Shown here in pieces: positions 36,601-44,977 of a stretch of DNA of 44,977 nucleotides (the stretch's first letter is position 1; each line of letters opens with the position of its first letter). The notes below the pieces were generated by a model, which was given only the letters and a program-made list of their open reading frames with translations, had not been told where the DNA came from and searched no databases. Source of the stretch: Catajapyx aquilonaris (lineage: Eukaryota); NCBI GenBank assembly GCA_000934665.2, contig JYFJ02003214.1, forward strand, positions 1 to 44,977, read 5' to 3'. The translations under genes were made by a program, and so were the position numbers.

Positions 36601-39600
36601 ATATGAGGCCCGCATAATTGGGAGCCGGCGCACACTACCCGGAACGCAACTTTTTGTGTGTGTATGTGTCCGGATCCTCTTTCCCGGATTAACGGCCAGG
36701 AGGCCATACCGTTGCAGTTTCATTATACGGGAGGTTGGTGGCCGAGCTACAGGCAGTGTTGCAACCCAAGGGCGGCCCATGGTCTGACTTTCAAGTCAGG
36801 ACCTAACTCTGAAGCCCCACTAATTTGAACGCAAATTAGTATAGAGTTAAACTTATTTCGCAAATAAAATGCATTATTCGCAAAAGTTACTCGCTTCTCG
36901 GAATCTTCTCAACTTACTGCATAGCATAATTAGAGAGCTCCAGCTCACCTTAAGCCTAGTCTCTATTAGAAGTAGGCAAGGGAAACTCTTGGCCAAGTTT
37001 TCTTGTCAATTAATAATGACGAATGAGGCAAGTGCGATTTGAAGTTTATCATCTCAAGTCCGACTCGAATCTAGAGTATCTGCGCTGTTTCCTATTTAAA
37101 TTTATTTAGTCGCGATATGTGCCTGCGTAATGGAATCTTTTCTATTAATCTTTGTTCAGAGAGAGTAATTGACACCGGGAGGCAGGTGTGAGTTCCTTTC
37201 CATTTCCCAAAACCCCAAAAGTAGGACCGCGGATCGAGTTAAGGAAGATGAGCCCTCGTTACTGCTCATTTGCTTTCGCTTCACCACTTTCCAGGTACGC
37301 AAACTTTATTCTGGCCCAAAATTATTGCACTCGTTTACCCAGCATCGGGAGTTGGGGAGGAGTTGGGCCGAGGAATTTAAACCAATTTGGGAATTCATGT
37401 TGAAACACCCCCCCCCCCTACCAGAACTACTGGCTTGTTACTAACCGACTCTTGTTTTAAAGCAGACGAAAACACAGTTTTCCGCCTTTTCTCTTTAAAA
37501 TCGCAATTAGCCAATAACGGCCATTCAATCCGATGCAGCCGGAGGGATATTGCGGCAATGCATGTTACAAAAAAAGGCGCGATTGCACAGCACCGCATTC
37601 GACATTAATTACATTACGTTGTGTTTACTCCACGATCATTTTACAGCAGTACAGTGCTGGACATTTATGGTGTCGTACTTGTCGCGCCACGAGCCGATGG
37701 CGGAAAAACAGCGAAATATTCAAAGTTGCCTCGGTACGACCGCTTCACTCGATTTATGATCCTGTGAAGGAAGTCATACGGAGAGCAAATTTCGATTCGC
37801 TCTTTTGACGAGGCGCAACCAGTACGACACCATCAATGTCCAGCACTTGTAGGCTACAACGAGTAGCCCTCAAGCCGTACCCTGATTGTTATTTTTCCGC
37901 AGGTTTCTTGGCTCCGTCGTCGGACTGAGGATGGAGACGGTGCCCTCGACCTTCTGACCTTTGGCAGACAGACCTACAGCAGCGACCAGAGAGTGTCCCT
38001 CTCCTTCAGGTACCCTGGAAACTGGCGTCTCTCCATCAGGTTCGCCAACAGGAGGGACGAGGGACACTACCTCTGTCAGATCTCCACCCACCCACCCACA
38101 GCACACATCGTCTACTTGAGGGTCACGGGTCAGTATTTAGTGCGCATGACCTGCCCTGAAACACATTGGGTGTGCAGCCCAGCAGTAAACAGCTTTGCGC
38201 TGAGGATGTCTCCTGAAGTAGTTTATGTCGAGCGAGCCCCTTTTTCATTCCTGTGGGTCGCCTCAGGAAGAGATTTGTTCCCGCTTCTCCCCATATCTCT
38301 TCCTAGTCACTCCCAAAAACCAGCTTTTCCTTTCAACCCCGGAAGGAGAAGGACCAGCCTCCCTCTTCCCCCTCGACGTCCTCCTTTTTTCCCCCTGACC
38401 GCAAAGCCCTTTGATTCCTGCGAGACACGATCCTTCTTGGCCTAATCCTCCTCTCCCCGAGTATCATCTCAACACACAAGTGCTTTTTCCTCCTACTCCA
38501 CTCCGCAGCCTCCGTTTCTCACGCGGATTACACACCAAAAGACATACTTAGGTCCATCCAAGCAAACTAAGGGGACATTCGCACTAAAAAAAAAAAGAGA
38601 GAGAGAAAAAGCACTTGGAAAAAGCAGCGGATAAAATCGAATCCATTCCTGACCTTGTCCGCTTGCAAACTTTGGCAACTTCGTAGATTGCTGTACGGGC
38701 GCAACAGAGTGCGCATCCACACTCGCGCAGCTCCATTGTTCTGACATCAACGTTGCCAGAGTTACTCCCTGGGGGCCAATAATTCACACTGCGGATGAAC
38801 TTTTTATGAGCGCAATCGAATGCGCGACACAGTTCGAGCAACTTGCATGGTTGGAATTATTAGCTGGTATGCATAGCAAGTGTACTGGTAAACTTATTTA
38901 CATCACTACGATTGAGGGGGTAACAATATGGCCGACTTCTGCGACGTTCCCGAAGCATGGCTACCTGTGTGAATTTGGCCCATGAAGAGTAAACTGTGGC
39001 AACGTTGTTGCTAGAACATTGGATATGCGCGAGTATGGGTGCGCACTCGCGTCAGTTGAGCTTTGAAGTTTGTTGCAGAGCTTTGGCAATGTCGCAAACG
39101 TCAGCCATTTTGTTTCCTCCTCAAGTGTGACGTTGGAAATAAGAGAAGCCCAGCACATCCACCAGAGAGCTTACCAGAATAATTGTTAATGCCAACCGTA
39201 CATGCTGCGCGAACTGTGGTGCGCACACTGCTGTTAAAGAATTTATGTATCATGATGCACTTTTTTTTCCACGCCAGCTCCAGAGCTGCGAGTGGTGGAC
39301 GAGCAGGGTCAGGTGGTGTCGGAGAGATACTACAAGGCTGGGTCAAGGGTCGAGCTGACCTGCCAGGCCTCGGAGCCATCTCCAGACGCCTCTCCCACCT
39401 GGCACCTGCAGGACCACGCCATCACTCCGAACAACTACTGGAGGGAAGGGGCCAGGTAGTTCTGATCTCTAAATTAGACGCTGCATCCATTGTTGCTCAT
39501 TGTTGCAAATATTTGCAGCGTGGATGGGAACGAGACGGTGGCCTTCCTCCGACTGGACGAGGCCAGAAGAGAGGACTCGGCCAACTACACCTGTCTGCTG

Positions 39601-39979
39601 GGGACCATGGCCAAGGCAGGGGTGGCCCTGCACGTGCTCAACGGTACATTCTCATTGTTGTATTAATTGAGGCAGTGCTGGTGACGTCGCTTTAATTTCA
39701 GGCGAGCTTCCAGCGGCGGCTCAGCAAGAGGACGCGTTGAACCGCGCGTCGCCGCGTCTGAGGTCCAGCTCTCCGACTGTTGTGGTCTTGGCCGCCTTGG
39801 CCGTCGTGGCCATGGCCACCGCCTGCCCCGGTGACAGTGACCACCCTGGAGGACTAGTTCCACTCCTGACCCACGACCCAGCTGCCCCAGACACGCAGCG
39901 CAACAATCTGTGTTCAACAATAAAGCGTGAAATGGCGAGTATACTGGAACACGACTATTCATTTCCAGTAAAGAGGTGA
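32655..39979 (+). CDS. dpr: Dpr-family (defective proboscis extension response / ZIG-8-like) 2-Ig cell-surface protein, 6 coding exons: join(32655-32769,35491-35762,37903-38128,39278-39455,39519-39643,39702-39979), 1194 nt, 397 aa
   Basis: All five introns are GT..AG with compatible phases (1,0,1,2,1). Translation gives a signal peptide ([25 protein letters not shown]) and a T/S-rich stalk. Ig1 reads [87 protein letters not shown]. Ig2 reads [49 protein letters not shown], followed by a hydrophobic segment. These motifs match my recollection of the Drosophila dpr14/dpr18/dpr20 subgroup; exact ortholog not resolved. Confidence 0.93.
33372..33872 (-). mobile_element. MITE family M1 copy or copies in dpr intron 1, hosting an expanded ATT microsatellite
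   Basis: accgagtgcgcacccaccctcgcgcagctcca..gtcggccattttg..gcgtagcgttggaaa. Right end gtggtgcgcactcggtc. Confidence 0.75.
33488..33641. repeat. Compound (ATT)n / (ATTATTATTAGA)n microsatellite with duplicated gaatgcttaactat
   Basis: Read directly from the sequence. Confidence 0.95.
35491..35762 (+). CDS. dpr: dpr coding exon 2 (stalk and first half of Ig1)
   Basis: Acceptor ataatttcag. Encodes ..[30 protein letters not shown]. Phase-0 donor aca|gtacgc. Confidence 0.92.
35809..36472. mobile_element. Rearranged M3 cluster in dpr intron 2: element 35809-36334 with extended inverted ends, plus inverted partial copy 36381-36472
   Basis: cgttacgaaacc..acctatcctgacagggtctcggac pairs with gtccgagaccctgtcaggataggt..ggtttcgtaacg. 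A perfect palindrome spans 36333-36405. Confidence 0.82.
37903..38128 (+). CDS. dpr: dpr coding exon 3 (second half of Ig1)
   Basis: Acceptor atttttccgcag. Encodes [38 protein letters not shown]. Donor g|gtcagt. Confidence 0.95.
38660..39235. mobile_element. Cluster of M1 fragments in both orientations in dpr intron 3
   Basis: gagtgcgcatccacactcgcgcagctccattgttctgac (38708), ttttatgagcgcaatcgaatgcgc (38802), tggcaacgttgttgctagaacattgga (38997), cagccattttgtttc..gttggaaataag (39102). Confidence 0.75.
39278..39455 (+). CDS. dpr: dpr coding exon 4 (Ig2 N-half)
   Basis: Acceptor ttttttttccacgccag. Encodes [36 protein letters not shown]. Phase-2 donor ag|gtagtt. Confidence 0.93.
39519..39643 (+). 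CDS. dpr: dpr coding exon 5 (Ig2 C-half)
   Basis: Follows a 63-nt intron ending atttgcag. Encodes [35 protein letters not shown]. Donor g|gtacat. Confidence 0.93.
39702..39979 (+). CDS. dpr: dpr coding exon 6 (GELPAA linker, hydrophobic anchor segment, tail)
   Basis: Follows a 58-nt intron ending tttaatttcag. GELPAAAQ matches the Dpr NGExPAAMQ motif, then [16 protein letters not shown], then TGA at 39977-39979. The true 3' end is uncertain (see findings). Confidence 0.8.
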
Positions 39980-42900
39980 CAAAATATTACCCGCTTTTTA
40001 ATACGACAAACATTTGCCTATATTCTATTTATTATGCAATTACTCGTTATTGGGGCTAAAAATTAAGTTAATCGGTCCAACGCGTTAAATATTTTTTCGC
40101 ATTAAAAAAAGGTGTATGGAAAAGTTAACAAATACGCCCCTGCTAATTACCCGCTGCATCAAAGAGCGTCGGTAATAATCAGGGTGTTAATTATTCTATC
40201 GGCACCGTGAGACTGCTGACACGAGTTTCATCGATACAGGCACGTGTATGATTAACTTTAATTGGGATTAATGCGTCATCGTGATGATATATGAGGGGTA
40301 TAGCTGCCAACATGTTGCAGCATGTGTAAGAGAGGATTACTCGCGTGTTTCAAATGGTATAACAAGAGTCGACCTCTTTCGAAGATAATTATATTAAATT
40401 TACGCCAAAATATTAATTTTCATTTTACATATTTTCATCCACTCTTTTACTATCCAAGTCCTTCGATGAGATTCCAGCAGATTCGTTACAAAAAGTGTAA
40501 CAAGCAGCGTGCTAAAAAAAATCCGCGTTAATTGGCCTAACGCCTTTAGACATTAACCAATAATTCCTATAGGAAATTGCCTGCCACTTTCTTCCCAACA
40601 ATCAGAAACCAACCCAACACTTTCTCCGAGGCTTGTTGTCCGGAGAGTGGTCATTGGGAAACCTCGCAGGTGGGCCAGCCAAAATCTTTAGAAAAGAATC
40701 TCGGGGGCTAAGAGGAAGGAAAAGGGGGAAAGGTTAAGTGGGTAATTAGAGTTCAATCGACGTGTACTGGATCGATACGCGCTTCCAAGACTAATCCGAT
40801 CGGTTTCTTTCCCGACACGTTCGTTTTCTTGCGATCAGTTTGAAGAGATCCCCGCACCTGCTGGCTCCAACATATAATTACTTTTATCCAACAAGTAAGC
40901 CAACTGATGTAGCCTCAAATGTGATTGTTTCCATTTTTAAGCAGATGTCGCACTGTGTACATAAAAGTCATATTTTCTTCCCCCGCCAACTTTTTCCCTC
41001 CCTTCCTTCTCCCAACATAATTTCCATAATCCTGGAAAAGCAGTGTGGCGAAAGCTTCATGTCGGACAGATCCCAGGCACAGAAAAGCCTCCTCCTTCCC
41101 CCAACTCTGAATATCATTTCAATCTCATTTCGCTTCCCAACAAAACCGCTTGCTCGACACCAACTGCGTCCTAATGAAATTCAGGCTCCTTATACACACA
41201 CACCCAACCAGCCACAACAATATTATGGGGCCCTTTCTTAGCCATTTTTTTTTTTTTTTGTCCAGAAAAAGGACCTGCATTGGCCTACTTTTCTTGGACA
41301 AAACACTCGCCAGATGATGTGATGTTCCGCTCCCTTAAAATGGTTCGCCTCATTTCTTCATGTCCTGGAGGAATGAGCTGGTCCAATTTGTACCTCCTAA
41401 TTCGGCCCATTCGACCCATAAATAGACTGCGATGGTCATCAGTGGTGTTGACCACCACTTGGAAGTCCAGGAGGACTCGTAATTTGACTACACCTGCGCT
41501 TATTTTTGTTACACACACACTAGACTATAATTAGGCCAGTTGGGGACCTTCCTTTTTTTTAGGCGAAAACAACCGCACTCCAATTTGCATGCAAAAACAG
41601 GGCACTCAGCACTGGACAAGAGCAGATTGCTTGCTTCATAAACCCTTCTTGCCCGGTGGATATTTACGTGTGAATGAAGCTGTTGCATGTAAACAATGCA
41701 ATTGGCATTAGGCAACAGAGTCGCAATTTGCGAATATTACGCATGTTACAATCGCGATCATTTTTCTGACATTGCAGTATATAGATTTTTAAATTAGGCC
41801 AGAAAAATTCCCAGGCACTCTTCCGTAATATAAGTCATTTTTGCGTGAAAAATTAGCACGGGGGAAAGTCTCATTACGCGAAGGAAACAATTCCTGCGGC
41901 ACAAATTTTTTTTGCGCGACATTTTGCAGCTTTATGGGCTTTGATCTTCATTCATTTCCCCCCTCCCCTTTTCCAAAATTGCGTAGAAAAGGTATACTTA
42001 CGCCTCCGTGGATGAATACATTTTAATTAGAGCTGGGCGCCAGCACTCTATCCTCGCGACATTAATTTCAGGCTGTAAATTACTTTGCGAATCGCTGCAA
42101 AACCCATCGTAACATTCGAGCAATTTGTAGCCACCTCCCTTTCTTGCCAAAAGGACCAGTGTTGTTTGCGCCACAGAGTTAATCAACTCGCAATTAATGC
42201 GGAGTATTTTTTGCAAGCCATTTGTCAGGCTCGAATTACACGTAGTCGTATTAATGTACTGCCGAGCTCGGTTCCATCTTTCAACTTTTGCAATGAAAAT
42301 GTGGAGAGAGTTGGAAATAAAGAAGGGCTATAGTAATATGTCAAAATGTAATTTTTTTTCTCTCTCTAGAATATACACGTAACTATTGGTGCCAACTTCT
42401 TTCTCACTGGATGGTAATGAGATTTCCCCATCCTTTGGCATAATTAATCCCATCCAGGCGGGAGATAATTAATCTGGTATGCTCGGGTGCACATGACGGA
42501 GTCTGCCTCTCAAGACGGATTAGACGCAAACGCTCTTGCCAAAATCTTGGTCACTTTCTTCGTGTCTAAATTCTTTCAGGGCTTACAATAGCGACGTGTT
42601 CATTCCCCGTGAAAAATAATTTTCAAGCAAGGCTCGAGAACATTGCACCGTCGCGTCGGACATACAGTACAGCAGACATGTACACGACATTTACGCGAGT
42701 GTGACCAGCAGACTCAGATTGAAAAGTGGGTCACCGCACCCGAATGAAAAAGCCATTAAAATTTTTGGACGTGGCTTCCATGTGGTCCGAACTGATTTCA
42801 TGAATAATTCGCGGTTGATTACTCTATATTTACTCGCCATTCCACGTTGCCAATGTGAAATTAAGGCGTGACAAAATTATTTGGGTATATTAGAAGATGA

Positions 42901-43644
42901 AACCTTGCATTCAAATAATCCCTTCGACCCTCGACAACATGGACGAAATAAGTCGCATTTTAGAGGGTTTTGCCTTTGGTGTCCACAGGACGTGACCTGG
43001 TTTATGAAGGGGAAAGGGCGATTTGGAGGAAAGGTTCTTGCAGGGCATCGGAAAAGCTATTATACCTGGGGAGCAGCTAATTCTTCCCTTCGGAGGTTAA
43101 AGGCCCTCATCCTTGTTTCCTCATTCGCGTCACACTCTCGTTTTATCGCCAATCAACGACAGAAGCTGGAGGAGGAAAAGGACAGTCTGGCTCAAAAAAG
43201 TGGGGGTTATTCTAATTTTGAAGCCATGAAATTCTTTCAGCTTATTCGCAACAACAATAGTGTTTTTTTCAGAATATAAAAGAGGTAAGTCATGTGGAGC
43301 GAGAGAATGTAACAAGAGCAAACAACTGGCGACCACAACATATTTCACCTCCTCGTCTTTGTGCGTGGCCAGTGGCCGGCACACACCATTTTTTTTAAAT
43401 CTCTCCTCTTTGTTGGTCCAACAAATGGCCGGCAGTTAGTTTGAAATATTACGCCCGGCCACCTATACAAGCCTTTGGCAACAAGAGCCTGCAGCCAAAC
43501 AGATGCACAGAGCTCATTCCAAATGTGTTGACCGCGCCAAACATCACTTCAGCCTAAGTGAATTATGATCTGCAATTTTAACCGTATATGCATCGACAAT
43601 GACAGTATTTTGGTTACTTAGATCTTCTGGCCCTGCTCCCTTAA

Positions 43645-43800
43645 CCCTGTAATGCCCCTTGGGTCATATCTGGCACACCATTTAGTGCAATTTGGCACAC
43701 TTACAGAAAATATAAAAATTGCAAAAGTTGAAAAAATTGCACTAAATGGTGTGGCAGATATGACGCAGTGGGCATTACTTAGATTAGTGGCATTACAGGG
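43645..43800. mobile_element. piggyBac-like MITE with TTAA target duplication
   Basis: TTAA-CCCTGTAATGCC ... GGCATTACAGGG-TTAA. Inner arms gtcatatctg.cacaccatttagtgcaattt also pair. The right end is partly duplicated. Confidence 0.88.
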
Positions 43801-44977
43801 TTAACCGTGAATTCGTGTTCAACTGACATAAACAGTGCTCTCGCGCGAGCTTGAAAGAGTACAGTGGCATTTAATATTCAATTAATTACGGAATAGTGTT
43901 CCTCATAAATAATTCCTACATGAGTCGAGTAAATCGTAAAAAATAATCATTTATTCGGGGAGGGGGGGGGGGCTAATTAAGCGCAACTTTTAAATTCCAT
44001 TTTTTCGTTATGACGGTGAACTAAACTAGTTGCTGGAACTAGATATACTGTAGTATAAATTCGCAAAACCAATAACTTGTAACTATTGACACAAATATAT
44101 ACAAATTGAAGACTCTAACCATTTTGGCATTAGCTGATTTTGATAGCTATCAATACTCGACTAAATATTTCTGAATGGGTCAACCAAGAGGTGGGTTGCA
44201 GTGCGTGGGCGGTTGTGTGTGCATGGTTGGGTGGGTGGGGGAAGTTCTACATCACTAGTTTGGTAGGCCTGTTCGTTCTTTACCCTTATTTCATTAATAT
44301 GCTTATACATAATGGCCCTGCCGTAGTAGAATAAAAATAATGTTTAGAGCCTTTTACCTCATTTTCTAGGTCGATTATCGATTTGCAATAAGTTATAGGC
44401 TGACCCATGGTGTTCATGAATATCCCATTGTTGAGAAGGCCCATACTTTTTTGAGTACAGGGTGTGCCATCCCCCGCGTCCAGTAGGTGGAGTTGGTTGT
44501 GTGAGTTGGTTGCTCTGCCAAGAGATGGAGGGAGGCGGGAGATCCCCAAATATCAGGAATTCCTCTTCATCTCCAACATAAACTGGGCACCTTTCTTGAT
44601 CTAAACTGCCGTTTAGAGCACAATATTTTTTTTCATGTCATTCTGCGTGGATGCAGTGGGTACAGCAGACAATATTTTGAACGCAGGACTGTACCAATGC
44701 AATGGTGCAAATTTGTTGATTAATCATGCATGTCCCGCATCGGGCTCTTATAATAAATTATTATCGTTTCATCCCTCAACTTTATAGTGTCAACTGGACA
44801 TCAAGAGCACTATTTATAAGTTGTTACCTTTCTATGTTTTTTAAAAATAATATACATTGCCCAAAATTGGTTTCCGCACATTTATTTATTTATTTATTTA
44901 TTTATTATTAGTTACCCCACAAGGCCCAAAGGCCTTCTTCGGGGGACACACATCACATTACATGATATCGGGTAATT

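Larger units (their letters stand above)
29563..43557 (+). repeat. Copy B of the ancient duplication; contains the intact dpr exons in its unalignable gaps
   Basis: Same anchors as copy A. Confidence 0.85.

Noticed and set aside
41285..44520. Minus-strand two-exon gene end (~44407-44515 spliced to ~41285-41493)
   Set aside because: Phases can be made to fit, but the second acceptor lacks a polypyrimidine tract and the peptide has no recognisable similarity; unsupported without RNA data.

Overview
Eukaryotic (arthropod-like) genomic DNA, mostly non-coding and dense in non-autonomous DNA transposons. One intact protein-coding gene can be assembled by hand on the + strand: a six-coding-exon, ~397-aa Dpr-family (defective proboscis extension response / ZIG-8-like) two-Ig-domain cell-surface protein, CDS 32655-39979, closest in motif content to the dpr14/18/20 group. 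Other features are a frameshifted Helitron/Helentron PIF1-helicase relic (3354-3772), isolated Helitron ends, MITEs resembling P/Galileo, CMC/CACTA, Tc1/pogo and piggyBac elements, and mini- and microsatellites. The main unexplained signal is a hidden long-range periodicity. At least 15 diverged non-coding blocks in ~1-21.6 kb recur on the same strand and in the same order in ~29.5-43.6 kb, at offsets of 22-30 kb. The dpr exons lie in the gaps between these shared blocks and have no intact counterpart in the upstream copy. All alignments and counts were done by eye and need computational confirmation.
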